NCBI GenBank assembly: GCA_963841435.1
Contig: CAWJCS010000006.1
Location: forward strand, 576,001-640,000
Direction: 5' to 3'
DNA length: 64,000 nucleotides
DNA from: an uncultured delta proteobacterium
GTDB lineage: Bacteria > Myxococcota_A > Polyangia > Polyangiales > Polyangiaceae
This document shows positions 34,280 through 43,959 of the stretch, piece by piece. The translations under genes and the position numbers were made by a program. The notes under the pieces were generated by a model. The model ran no database searches and was not told the DNA's origin. It saw only the letters and a list, made by a program, of their open reading frames with translations. The first letter of the stretch is position 1; the number at the start of each line of letters is the position of its first letter.

Positions 34280-34434
34280 GCGGGGCCCCCGGCGATAGCC
34301 CAGAGCCGGGCCTTTCTCAACCCCGAAGGCCGGATTTCCTTTACGAAATCGGCGCCGAGCGCGCCCGGTCCGCCAGGTCGGCCCAGAGCGAGGCGTGCCG
34401 CCCCGGCGGAGTGCCCAAGGGGCGTAAAGCGTGA

Positions 34435-36339
34435 TCAAACGTCGAGATCTTCGGCCTCGTCGGCGCGGTCCATGATGAAGCGGAAGCGAGCGCTAGGGTC
34501 CTTGCCCATGAGGTCGCCGACGACGCGATCCGTTTCGAGCGGGTCGGCAATCGACACGCGCAGCAAACGCCGCGTGCGGGGGTTCAGCGTCGTCTCCCAG
34601 AGTATTTTGGGCATCATCTCGCCGAGCCCCTTGAAGCGCGTGATTTCCGGCTTCTGGTTGCCCTTCACGTGCTCCTTGATGATCTTGTCACGGTCCGGCT
34701 CGTCGGCGGCATAGTAGCTCGCCTGTCCGATGTCGATGCGATAGAGCGGCGGCACGGCGACGAACACGCGCCCGTTCTTGATGAGCTCGGGGAGGTGTCG
34801 GTAGAGGAACGTGAGCAGCAGCGTCGTGATGTGGTGGCCGTCGGAATCGGCGTCGGCGAGCAGCACGAGGCGCTGGTAGCGCAGGCGCGCGAGATCGAAG
34901 CCCGCGCCCACGCCGCAGCCGAGCGCCGTCACGAGATCCTGGAGCTCCTTGTTCTCCAGAACCTTCGCCGTGGAGAGGCCCTCCGTGTTCAGCACCTTGC
35001 CACGCAACGGGAGGATCGCCTGCACGCTGCGATCGCGACCCTGCTTGGCGGAGCCGCCCGCCGAATCGCCCTCGACGATGAAGAGCTCGGTGTTCTCGCG
35101 ATTCGTGGCCAGGCAATCGCTGAGCTTGCCGGGCAGCGTGAAGCGCCCGCTCGTCGCGCTCTTGCGCGTCACTTCGGCGGAGGCCGCCCGGGACGCTTCC
35201 CGGGCTCGCGCCGCGAGGATCACGCGCGCGACGATTTGCTCGGCGACGCTGCGGTTCGAGTTCAGCCATTGCTCGAGAGCCGGGCGCACCCAGCCGTCGA
35301 CGAGCGATTGGAGCTCGGGGTTGTTCAGTCGATCCTTGGTCTGACCCTGGAACTGCGGGTCTTTGATGAAGACGCTGAGGATGCCGACGAGCCCCTCGCG
35401 CACGTCCTCCGCAGACAGCGCAACGCCACGCGGCAACAGACCGTGGGTATCGATGTAATTGCGCACCGCCTTGACGAGGCCGGCGCGAAGCCCGTTTTCG
35501 TGCGTTCCGCCGCTGCCCGTCGGGATGCCGTTGACGAAGCTCCGCACGCGCTCGTCGGTGGCCTCGGTCCAGCGTAGTGCCACCTCGAGCCGCATCTCGT
35601 CGTCGCGGGCAAACGAGAACGGCGTCTCGTGTACGCCGGCTCGTCCGCCTTCCTTCACGAGCCGCTCGAGGAACGCGACGACGCCGTCGGCGTGAGAAAA
35701 TTCGTGCTTTTCCTTGCGGGTCTCGTCGTTGAAGCGGACCGTGAGGCCGCGGTGCAAATAGCTCGTGATCTCGAGCCGCTCGCGGATCGTGTCGGGGTTG
35801 AAATCCGTGCGCGGGAAGATCGTGGGGTCGGGCCGGAACTTGATGGTCGTACCGGTGCCACGCGCTGCGCCGACGCGCTTGAGCTTGGACGCGACCGCAC
35901 CGGCCTTGAACTCCATGCGCCATTCGGCGCCGTCGCGCTTGACGGTGGCGATGAGCTCGGAGGACAGCGCGTTCACGACCGACGCGCCGACGCCGTGCAG
36001 GCCGCCGGCCGTCTTGTAGCTTTCGTCGTCGAATTTTCCGCCAGCGTGCAGCGTCGAGAAGATGATCTCGAGAGCGGACTTCTTGTGCTTCGGATGGATG
36101 TCGACGGGGATGCCGCGCCCGTCGTCGGTGACGGTCACGGATTGGCCGTCGGCGTGCAGCGTGACGTTGACTTGCGTGGCGTGGCCGTTCATCGCCTCGT
36201 CGACGCCGTTGTCGACAATCTCCCAGACGAGGTGGTGCAGGCCCGCCGCGCCGACGCCGCCGATGTACATGCCCGGGCGTTTGCGGACCGGCTCGAGGCC
36301 CTCGAGCACGGTGATGCTTTCCGCCGTGTATTTCGGCAT
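34435..36339 (-). CDS. parE: Type IIA topoisomerase B subunit (topoisomerase IV ParE-like)
   Basis: LEPVRKRPGMYIG, EIVDNGVDE, GGLHGVGASVVNALS, EGDSAGG, PLRGK, DADSDG, RFKGLGEM; coupled to parC-like gene. Confidence 0.85.
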   Translation of the reverse strand: MPKYTAESITVLEGLEPVRKRPGMYIGGVGAAGLHHLVWEIVDNGVDEAMNGHATQVNVTLHADGQSVTVTDDGRGIPVDIHPKHKKSALEIIFSTLHAGGKFDDESYKTAGGLHGVGASVVNALSSELIATVKRDGAEWRMEFKAGAVASKLKRVGAARGTGTTIKFRPDPTIFPRTDFNPDTIRERLEITSYLHRGLTVRFNDETRKEKHEFSHADGVVAFLERLVKEGGRAGVHETPFSFARDDEMRLEVALRWTEATDERVRSFVNGIPTGSGGTHENGLRAGLVKAVRNYIDTHGLLPRGVALSAEDVREGLVGILSVFIKDPQFQGQTKDRLNNPELQSLVDGWVRPALEQWLNSNRSVAEQIVARVILAARAREASRAASAEVTRKSATSGRFTLPGKLSDCLATNRENTELFIVEGDSAGGSAKQGRDRSVQAILPLRGKVLNTEGLSTAKVLENKELQDLVTALGCGVGAGFDLARLRYQRLVLLADADSDGHHITTLLLTFLYRHLPELIKNGRVFVAVPPLYRIDIGQASYYAADEPDRDKIIKEHVKGNQKPEITRFKGLGEMMPKILWETTLNPRTRRLLRVSIADPLETDRVVGDLMGKDPSARFRFIMDRADEAEDLDV

Positions 36340-38768
36340 CAGCGTGCTTCCTCGAGCGGCGGGGGCGCAGACGGCGGCTCGGCGACGACGCCGACGAGGC
36401 TCCCGCGCTTGATGATCTCGCGACCGCGGCCGCCGCGGCTCGTCTTCTCGTAGCTCGCGGTGCCCACGCGCTGCTCGCCACCCATCGACGTTTCGACGAC
36501 GAGCACGTCACGTGGGCCCTTCGCGGCCTTGAAGCCGATCACGGCGTCGTCGCCCTCCAGCTTGATCAGCGTCACGCCCTTGCCCGGTCCGGAGAGGAAG
36601 CTCACCTCGCCGGCCTTGCACAAAAGTGCCCTGCGGCCGCGCGTGACGGCAATCAGCGTCTCGCCGCCGCGCAGTCGTTCGACGCCCACGACCCGAGCTC
36701 CGTCGGCGACGCGCGCGAAACGCCGGCCCGCGCGCGTGCTCGGCGTGGCGAGCGGCTCGAGCCCGAAAGCGAGCGCGAAGCCGTCGCTCGTGGCGGCCAC
36801 GGCGTAGGTGTCGCCCGGCTTTTCCGGCGTCGAGCCGAGCTTCCCCGTGACGCGCGGATCGAGTGAGAAAGCTGCGACGATGCGCTCGCCGTCCTTGAGC
36901 TTGAAGAGCTTCTGGATGGGCTCGCCGTAGCCGCTCGTGGCGGGCACGTCGATGATGCGGGCGCTGTAGGCGGTTCCGAACGAGGAGAGGAACACGATCG
37001 TCGCCTTGGTGGAGCCGACCTCGCAGGCGAGCACCGAATCGCCCTCGCGCAGGCGCGTGGCCGCGGTGTCCTTGATCTCCTTCTGACGTTTCACCCAGCC
37101 GTCGGTCGTGAGAAGCACGTAGGCGTCCTCGGCGACGATCAGGTCCTCTTCGGAGTAGATCGCCTCCTCGTGGTCGGTCACGATGGCCGTACGGCGCTTC
37201 GCGTTCTTGCCGAGGCTCTCCTGGGTTTCGACGAGCTCGCGCCGGACGATCTTCCAGCGACCCGAGGTCGCGGCGGCCGTTCCGCCCAAGAGTGCGCGGA
37301 TTTCCTTGGCACGCCGCTTCTTCTCGTCGAGCTCCTTCTTGATGACGAGGATTTCGAGCCGAGCCAGGCGATACAGCCGAAGCTCGAGGATGGCGTCGGT
37401 CTGCTCGGCGTCGAGCGAGTAGCGCGCCATGATGGTCTTCTGCGCGTCGGCCTTGCCGTCCGATTTGCGGATGATCTTGATGATGGCGTCGAGCGCGTCG
37501 AAGACTTTGGCGAAGCCCGCGAGGATGTGGATGCGCTTGTCGAGGCCTGCGAGCTCGTTGGCGAGTCGCCGGGTCACGACGTCGAGCCGGAAGTGCAAGA
37601 AATGCCAGAGCACCGATTGGAGCTCCAGGCGCTCCGGGCGGCCGACCTCGGGCTTTTCCGTCGGCACGAGGCACGTCATGTTGACGGCGAAGCCGTTCTG
37701 CAGCGGCGTGTGCTTGTAGAGGTAAGCGAGCACGAGATCGGTGTCGGCGTCCTTCTTGAGCTCGAGCTCGATCGAGACGTCGTCGGTCGAAACGTCACGC
37801 ACGTCGAGCAGCATCGGCAATTTGCGCTGCAGAGCGATCTCGGCGATGCGTTCGACGACGGTGCTCTTGCTCACGCCGTAGGGAATGCTCGTGATCTCGA
37901 CGAGCTTGCTCGCGCGTCCCTCCTTGCCGAGGCGGTACGTCCCGCGGACGCGAATCGTGCCCTGGCCGGTCTCGTAGATGCGCTTGAGCTCTTCGGCGCT
38001 CGAGATGACCTCACCACCGGTCGGAAAATCGGGACCTTTGATGGTGCGGCAGAGCTCGCGCGACGAAAGCTGTTTGCCCTCGACGAGCGCGTCGAGCAGT
38101 CGAAGCGCGGCGGCGCAGACCTCCTCGGGATTGTGCGGCGGCACGTTGGTCGCCATGCCGACGGCGATGCCCGTCGTCCCGTTAACGAGCAGGTGCGGCA
38201 GCTGCGCCGGCAGCACGATCGGCTCGGATCGGGTCCCGTCGTAGTTCGGTCGGAACGGTACGGTGTCCTGGTCGAGCTCGTCGAGCAGGCGGCTCGCGAG
38301 CGGGGCCAGGCGGCACTCCGTGTAGCGCATGGCCGCCGCGGGGTCGCCGTCGAGGGACCCGAAATTGCCGGAGCCGTCGACGAGCGGCACGCGCAGACTG
38401 AAGGGTTGCGCCAGGCGTACGAGCGCGTCGTAGATCGCCTCGTTGCCGTGCGGGTGGTACCCGCCCATCACGTCGCCCACGATCTTCGCGCACTTTCGGT
38501 GCTTGGCGTCCGGGCCCATGCCCTGTTGCCACATCGTGTAGAGGATGCGGCGCTGCACGGGCTTCAGGCCGTCGCGCACGTCGGGCAGCGCGCGGCTCGT
38601 GATGACGCTGAGTGCGTAGTTCAGGTAGCGAGCCTGGGCGAGCTCGTGCAGCGCTACGCCCTCTTCGACGAAGAGCCCGAGCTGCGAGGGGGCGCCTTTC
38701 TCCGAGCCGGCAGTGCGGCGCGGCCGCTTGCCGGATCCGGAGGTTTTCGATTTGCGTCGGGTCGCCAC
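36339..38768 (-). CDS. parC: Type IIA topoisomerase A subunit (topoisomerase IV ParC-like)
   Basis: [33 protein letters not shown]; shorter CTD without GyrA-box in blade 1. Confidence 0.82.
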   Translation of the reverse strand: MATRRKSKTSGSGKRPRRTAGSEKGAPSQLGLFVEEGVALHELAQARYLNYALSVITSRALPDVRDGLKPVQRRILYTMWQQGMGPDAKHRKCAKIVGDVMGGYHPHGNEAIYDALVRLAQPFSLRVPLVDGSGNFGSLDGDPAAAMRYTECRLAPLASRLLDELDQDTVPFRPNYDGTRSEPIVLPAQLPHLLVNGTTGIAVGMATNVPPHNPEEVCAAALRLLDALVEGKQLSSRELCRTIKGPDFPTGGEVISSAEELKRIYETGQGTIRVRGTYRLGKEGRASKLVEITSIPYGVSKSTVVERIAEIALQRKLPMLLDVRDVSTDDVSIELELKKDADTDLVLAYLYKHTPLQNGFAVNMTCLVPTEKPEVGRPERLELQSVLWHFLHFRLDVVTRRLANELAGLDKRIHILAGFAKVFDALDAIIKIIRKSDGKADAQKTIMARYSLDAEQTDAILELRLYRLARLEILVIKKELDEKKRRAKEIRALLGGTAAATSGRWKIVRRELVETQESLGKNAKRRTAIVTDHEEAIYSEEDLIVAEDAYVLLTTDGWVKRQKEIKDTAATRLREGDSVLACEVGSTKATIVFLSSFGTAYSARIIDVPATSGYGEPIQKLFKLKDGERIVAAFSLDPRVTGKLGSTPEKPGDTYAVAATSDGFALAFGLEPLATPSTRAGRRFARVADGARVVGVERLRGGETLIAVTRGRRALLCKAGEVSFLSGPGKGVTLIKLEGDDAVIGFKAAKGPRDVLVVETSMGGEQRVGTASYEKTSRGGRGREIIKRGSLVGVVAEPPSAPPPLEEAR

Positions 38769-38805
38769 GCGCGGCGGTCACCGCTACGGGGTCGTGGAGC
38801 TAGCG

Positions 38806-40188
38806 TCAACCCCGATATTCTTCGACCTCGATCCCGTAGCGCTTCATCCAGCGATGGACCTGCATGCGCGCCTTGCCGAGCTCCCGGCCCACGGCCGCCA
38901 CGTTGCCCCGGTGGACGTCGAGCAGGCGTCGGAGCTCGTCCTCCGGGGGCGCGCCCTGCGCCGGGGGCGCGGGCCGGTAGGGCGCCGCGGGGCGCTCACG
39001 CAGGCCGTATCCCTCCATGGCCTCCGTCACCGCGTCGGGCAGGTGTTCGGGCAGGAGCACCGGCCCGCTCGCGAGCGCCACGGCGCGCTTGATGCAGGCC
39101 TCGAGCTCGCGAACGTTGTAGGGCCAGTCGTAGTTCAGGAGCGCCGTCATGAAGGGGAAGGTCGGCTTGAGGTCCGGACGCCCCTGCCTGCCGAGGAAGC
39201 TCGTGACCAGCGCGAAAATGTCCTCCTTGCGCTCGTAGAGCGGCGGAAGGTCGAGCTTGTACTCGTTGAGTCGCCCGAACAGGTCTTCGCGAAACTTGGC
39301 TTCGCGCTGCAGCTTGCCGAGGTCTCGGTGCGTCGCGCCGACGACGCGCACGTCGACGGGCTCGGGAGACGTCGAGCCGAGCGGCAGCACCTCGCGCTGC
39401 TGGAGCACGCGCAAAAGCTTCGCCTGCGCTTCGAGCGGCATGTCGCCAATCTCGTCGAGCAGGAGCGTCCCTCCGTCGGCGGCGCGGATGAGGCCCGGTT
39501 TGTCGCGTTCGGCGCCCGAGAACGCCCCCCGCTTGTAGCCAAAGAGCTCGCTCTCGAGGAGGTTGCCGGGGATGGCCGCGCAGTTGACCGCCGCGAATCG
39601 ACCCGAGCGACCGCTCAGGCGATGGAGCTCGGAGGCGACCACTTCTTTGCCCGTGCCGCTCGCGCCGAGAAGCAGCACGTTGAGTGGGGCGGGGGCGACG
39701 CGTTCGAGCTCCTCGAGCACCAGGTCCATCTGCAAGCCGCCGACGAGCGCTCCGCTCTCCCGAGCGCGACGGGTCGCCGAGCCCGTCATCGTGCCGTCGA
39801 TGCGATACCGCGCATACTCCTCGGCCCCTTCGTCGACGAGCTTGACGATGGCATCGCCCACGCGCAGCTCGTCGAGCGGCTCGATCTCGGCTTCGCTCAC
39901 GGGGTGACCGTTGACGAGCGTTCCGTTGCGGCTGCCGAGGTCGCGCACGACGAAGCCCGTTCCCTCGCGGCGCACCTCGGCGTGGCGCCGCGAAACCGCG
40001 GTGACGGGCAGCACGATATCGGCGTCGGCGTCCCTTCCGAGCGTCAGGGGCTCGCGACCGAGCGGCCACGCCGCGGGCAACGCTTGGTACTCACCGGCAT
40101 AAAGCAGCACGAGGCCCGGCGAGCCACGCGGTCGGTCCCACCGGCCCGGGTGGAACTCTTGCATCTCGTCGGTGCGCTTCTCGTTCAT
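38806..40188 (-). CDS. FHA-domain sigma54-dependent transcriptional activator
   Basis: [58 protein letters not shown]; Fis-type HTH. Confidence 0.93.
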   Translation of the reverse strand: MNEKRTDEMQEFHPGRWDRPRGSPGLVLLYAGEYQALPAAWPLGREPLTLGRDADADIVLPVTAVSRRHAEVRREGTGFVVRDLGSRNGTLVNGHPVSEAEIEPLDELRVGDAIVKLVDEGAEEYARYRIDGTMTGSATRRARESGALVGGLQMDLVLEELERVAPAPLNVLLLGASGTGKEVVASELHRLSGRSGRFAAVNCAAIPGNLLESELFGYKRGAFSGAERDKPGLIRAADGGTLLLDEIGDMPLEAQAKLLRVLQQREVLPLGSTSPEPVDVRVVGATHRDLGKLQREAKFREDLFGRLNEYKLDLPPLYERKEDIFALVTSFLGRQGRPDLKPTFPFMTALLNYDWPYNVRELEACIKRAVALASGPVLLPEHLPDAVTEAMEGYGLRERPAAPYRPAPPAQGAPPEDELRRLLDVHRGNVAAVGRELGKARMQVHRWMKRYGIEVEEYRG

Positions 40189-40327
40189 CGGCGGCGGCCA
40201 CGTGCCCGGGTCCCGGCGCGTGCGCCGGCCTCAGTCTGCCACGCTCTCGGCCCGCCGGGCGTCTGACCGTCGGCCCGCCCGCCGACCCCCAGGCGCGCGC
40301 CGGCCCGGGGGACGCTACGCTTCGCCC

Positions 40328-41167
40328 ATGATCCCCCCGGACGCCGAGCCCCGCCGGTCCCTCGATGTCGCCGCCGTGCAGCTTTCGTCGGGTGCCGACG
40401 TCGGTAAAAATCTCGAGGACTGCGCACGGCTCGTGGGTGAGGCCGCGTCGCGCGGCGCGAAGCTCGTCGTGTTGCCCGAGAACTTCGCCTTCATGGGACC
40501 CGACGCCGACCGCCGGATCCACGCCGAGATGCTCGGCGACGAAGCAGCGCCGATCCAGCGCGTGCTCTCCACGCTCGCGAGACGACACGCCATCACGCTC
40601 GTCGCTGGCGGCATGCCCGAACGCACCGACGACGGCGTGCCACCGTTCAACACGGCCCTCGTTCACGACGAAAGCGGCGCGCTCGTCGCGAGCTACCGGA
40701 AGGTCCACCTCTTCGACGTCGACCTCGCGGACGGGACGAAGCTTCGTGAGTCGGCGACGACGACGCCGGGCGCCTCCGTGGTGGTCGTGCCCGTGGGCGG
40801 TTTCACGGCCGGCCTTTCGATCTGTTACGACCTGAGGTTTCCCGAGCTCTACCGGGCGCTCGTCGACCGGGGGGCGGAATTGCTGCTGGTTCCGGCGGCG
40901 TTCACGCTGCACACGGGCAAGGATCACTGGCACGTGCTCCTGCGCGCGCGCGCCATCGAGTCGCAGTGCTACGTCGTCGCGGCGGCTCAGTGGGGCAAGC
41001 ATCCGCTAGGCCGTCAGAGCTACGGCCATGCGCTCGTCGCGGATCCGTGGGGCACGGTGCTTGCCGAGGCCGCAGACGGCCTCGGCTTCGCTCTCGCGCG
41101 CGTCGAAGGGCGGCGCCTCGCCGAAGTGCGTGCGTCCCTGCCGAGCCTCAGCCACCGGCGACTCTAG
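40328..41167 (+). CDS. Carbon-nitrogen hydrolase (Nit1-like deaminated glutathione amidase)
   Basis: LPEN, YRKVHLFD, ICYDLRFPE, PAAFT..TG..HW, RARAIE. Confidence 0.9.
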   Translation: MIPPDAEPRRSLDVAAVQLSSGADVGKNLEDCARLVGEAASRGAKLVVLPENFAFMGPDADRRIHAEMLGDEAAPIQRVLSTLARRHAITLVAGGMPERTDDGVPPFNTALVHDESGALVASYRKVHLFDVDLADGTKLRESATTTPGASVVVVPVGGFTAGLSICYDLRFPELYRALVDRGAELLLVPAAFTLHTGKDHWHVLLRARAIESQCYVVAAAQWGKHPLGRQSYGHALVADPWGTVLAEAADGLGFALARVEGRRLAEVRASLPSLSHRRL

Positions 41168-41264
41168 CCGCACGGGGCACGACAGGAGCAGTCGCCGCGG
41201 GGCCAAGCCCCGCTCGCCGAGACGTGTGATTCTCGGCTTCGTCGCCACGAGCCCCCCGTAGAGC

Positions 41265-42260
41265 TCACAGATGCCGCTTGGCGATCTCGGTCCAGGTGCC
41301 GGACGGCTCGAGCATGATGTAGCTCTTCCAGTACGGCCGCGCCTTCTGGGATTCGCCCACCTGCTCGTAGGCCATCGCCAGGTTGAAGTAGGCGTCCGAA
41401 AACTTCGGGTCGCTCTCGATGGCGCCGAGGAAGAGGGGGATGCTCACGTCGGGGTCGCCGCGCTCGAGCATCACGTAGCCAAGGTTGTACTGCGCCTCGG
41501 GTTGGCGCGGATCGATCTCGAGCGCTTTCTTGTAGAGCTCCTCGGCCGCGGTGCCGTCCTGACGTCGGAAGCGGATGTTGCCGAGGTTCGTGTACGCGAT
41601 GGCGAGCCACGGATCGAGGGTGATGGCCTCGCGATAGAGCCGTTCCGCCTCGTCCATGGAAAAGGGCTCCTCGTCGAGCTGGCTTGCCCTGAGGTAGAGC
41701 TCATACGCCGTGCGCGCCCGCTCGCGCCCCGCCGAGGGCCGGAGCACGCGCACGACGTCGTCGCGCAGCGTTTTCACCTCGAAGTCGAGCAGCATCTGCC
41801 CCGTGAGCGGCTCGAACACGCCGTCCTGGCTGCGCACGACCACGCGCTGCCCGTCCGAGACGATGCGAAGCTCCTGGAGCGGCCGCGTGACTTTCGGCAG
41901 CGTCCGCCTGAGCGCCGACACGGCGCGCGTGACGTCGCGGAGGCGAACGCGCTGCGACAGCAAGGACTGCGCCGTCCGCACCGCGATCAGATCGGAGAAC
42001 GTGTAGGCGCGCCGCCCGCGACGCCGCGCCGTGGGCGACACGACGCCGGAGCGGTCGAGCGTGCGGAGCCGCGCGGCCGTGATGCCGAGCAAGCGCGCGA
42101 TCTCGCCGAACGTGAACAAGTCGGTGAGCGGCTCACGACTAGCGTCACCGAGCGGAGCCGGTCCGGCGCCACCGTGATCCACGCGTTCATGCCGGCGTCC
42201 GCCACCGGGGCCAAACACGACGTGAATGATTTTTTCGTCGCGTTGCTTCTTGCGACCCAT
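41265..42260 (-). CDS. MerR-type HTH plus TPR repeat protein
   Basis: FGEIARLLGITAARLRTLDRSGVVSP..RRAYTFSDL; C-terminal TPRs (AYTNLGN, AQYNLG, AYFNLA). Confidence 0.82.
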   Translation of the reverse strand: MGRKKQRDEKIIHVVFGPGGGRRHERVDHGGAGPAPLGDASREPLTDLFTFGEIARLLGITAARLRTLDRSGVVSPTARRRGRRAYTFSDLIAVRTAQSLLSQRVRLRDVTRAVSALRRTLPKVTRPLQELRIVSDGQRVVVRSQDGVFEPLTGQMLLDFEVKTLRDDVVRVLRPSAGRERARTAYELYLRASQLDEEPFSMDEAERLYREAITLDPWLAIAYTNLGNIRFRRQDGTAAEELYKKALEIDPRQPEAQYNLGYVMLERGDPDVSIPLFLGAIESDPKFSDAYFNLAMAYEQVGESQKARPYWKSYIMLEPSGTWTEIAKRHL

Positions 42261-42465
42261 GGCGCTGCGATCCGAAACGTCGCCTATCAGTCTGTCCATG
42301 CGGCTCCCGTGTCAAGAGGGACGCGGGTTCCGAACCGCGAGCCGACGTGCACGCCTCACAAAGCACTCGCGCACGCACCACGACGGCCGTCCAGGGTGAA
42401 GTGGTGCCGGAACGAGTTCACTCTTGACGCGCGCGACGCGCGACGCGGCGAGCACACCGCTTGCG

Positions 42466-42954
42466 TCAGGCACCGCGCGTGCCTCGTTTCGGCTCCTCGA
42501 CGTCCGTACGCCGCGGCGGCATGGGAACTGCGTCCCTGAAAACGCGCGCTTCCACGTCGACGTCAACCCGGATGCCGCGTGCGTCGTGACGCACGGCGAG
42601 CTCGGCGCGGACGCGCCCGAGCGGCCCACTCGAGCGAACCTGAGCCTCGAGGCAGGCGATGCGCACCGCGCGGATCCGCGCATGGGGGTCCGCGGCGACG
42701 AGCTGGGCGATTTCGGTGCCGAGCTCGTCGGGGACGGCGCCACCCCGGGACGCGAAGGGCAAGAGCACACTCGTCGACCCGTAATACGTCGCTCCGTCAG
42801 GTTCGTCGCGCGTCGCCCCTTCGCTCATCACGTCGGCGCACTCGAAGAGCTCGCGCAGCCTGTAGTCGTTGCTACGCCAGAGCTCGAGCGTGCGGCGGGC
42901 GAGCAGCGGTGCGCCGCGGGCTTTGCGCAGACCCGGCCCTTTGAGCTTACGCAT
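42466..42954 (-). CDS. Hypothetical protein
   Basis: 162-aa ORF MRKLKGPG...VDVEARV with natural composition, codirectional with MerR-TPR. Confidence 0.6.
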   Translation of the reverse strand: MRKLKGPGLRKARGAPLLARRTLELWRSNDYRLRELFECADVMSEGATRDEPDGATYYGSTSVLLPFASRGGAVPDELGTEIAQLVAADPHARIRAVRIACLEAQVRSSGPLGRVRAELAVRHDARGIRVDVDVEARVFRDAVPMPPRRTDVEEPKRGTRGA

Positions 42955-43143
42955 GTTGCGTGCCTTGGGGTCGATCCCTCCTGGGAGCCGAAGGAGTCGC
43001 TCTGCCGGGGCCGAGCATGACGTGATCGTACGTCGACGGACCACTGTGCTTGCAAAAAGCGCGTGAAACGGCGGACGCCGTGACCGGAATATTGGCCCAA
43101 CGGACGCCGATGCTCTGTGATCGCGGCGCAAGGAGAATCCAGC

Positions 43144-43482
43144 ATGCCGACTCAGAGCTACCGGGGCCCCGAGCGTCGTCTTTATCGCCTCTACGTGACG
43201 CGCAACACCGAGTATCACTTCCGCGGCGAACGCTGCGTCGCCGTCCGCGACCGGCGCACCGGGAGGTGGCTCGACGCGCACCTTGCCATCGACCGCAAGC
43301 TCGCGGGCGGCGTGCGCTTCCATCAAAACGGGGTTGCCGTGCCTTCGTGCTCCAACCCCGAGGTCGGCGAAGCGCTCTACTTCGACGACGAGGGACGCGA
43401 GCTCATCACGAGCATCCTCGCGAGCATCGAGCGCCCTTCCAAGCAGGTCGTCGAAAGCTACCTCGACCGCGCTGCGAGCTGA
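43144..43482 (+). CDS. Hypothetical protein (YVTRNTEYH motif)
   Basis: AAGGAG upstream; beta-rich 112-aa ORF with natural composition. Confidence 0.7.
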   Translation: MPTQSYRGPERRLYRLYVTRNTEYHFRGERCVAVRDRRTGRWLDAHLAIDRKLAGGVRFHQNGVAVPSCSNPEVGEALYFDDEGRELITSILASIERPSKQVVESYLDRAAS

Positions 43483-43648
43483 GGGCGAGACCTGGTTCGA
43501 GCGGCGTTCTTGCTTGTTCAACCAGTTTCCTCAATGCGCGTAAGGACTTGCACTCCACCGACCACATACGCGGCTGGGTGCGAAGCGGGGTTCGCGGTTC
43601 AGCATCACGCTGCCCCGCGATCTTCCGTGTTTTTCGAGGACCGTTGGG

Positions 43649-43666
43649 TCGGCACCATTTTTGAAT
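43649..43666 (+). promoter_or_regulatory. Putative sigma54 (-24/-12) promoter
   Basis: TCGGCACCATTTTTGAAT = GG-N10-GA variant of TGGCAC-N5-TTGC, about 20 bp before the ATG at 43687. Confidence 0.5.
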
Positions 43667-43686
43667 CCAGGGCCGACCAGACACCC

Positions 43687-43875
43687 ATGAACGACACGAC
43701 CCTCCCGACGACGCGCACCGGAGATCCCGACGCGGTGGCAACCTTGGCGCGGACTATTTACCGCGAGTTTCGGGCTGGGGGCTTCAATGAGCGGGACGTG
43801 ATGGCCCTCGCGGGGGAGCTTTTGGACCTCGTGGCGCGCGACGTGGGTGGAGATCGCAGCCCCCAGCACGGCTAG
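43687..43875 (+). CDS. Small helical-hairpin protein (62 aa)
   Basis: LARTIYREFRAGGFNERDVMALAGELLDLV; resembles small proteins recalled from myxobacteria. Confidence 0.65.
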   Translation: MNDTTLPTTRTGDPDAVATLARTIYREFRAGGFNERDVMALAGELLDLVARDVGGDRSPQHG

Positions 43876-43923
43876 CTCCGCCCGGCGATCACCCGCCACT
43901 CGAGCCCGACCCCGGGCTCGTGA

Positions 43924-43953
43924 TTGACACGAGGGTACCCGGTTGGACATGGT
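43924..43953 (+). promoter_or_regulatory. Putative sigma70 promoter, leaderless geometry
   Basis: TTGACA-N18-CATGGT-N6-GTG(43960). Confidence 0.45.
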
Positions 43954-43959
43954 TGTGCC

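Noticed and set aside
43093-43108. Second sigma54-like site TGGCCCAACGGACGC
   Set aside because: GG-N10-GC spacing is present but the -12 TT and the AC of the -24 box are missing; too weak in GC-rich DNA
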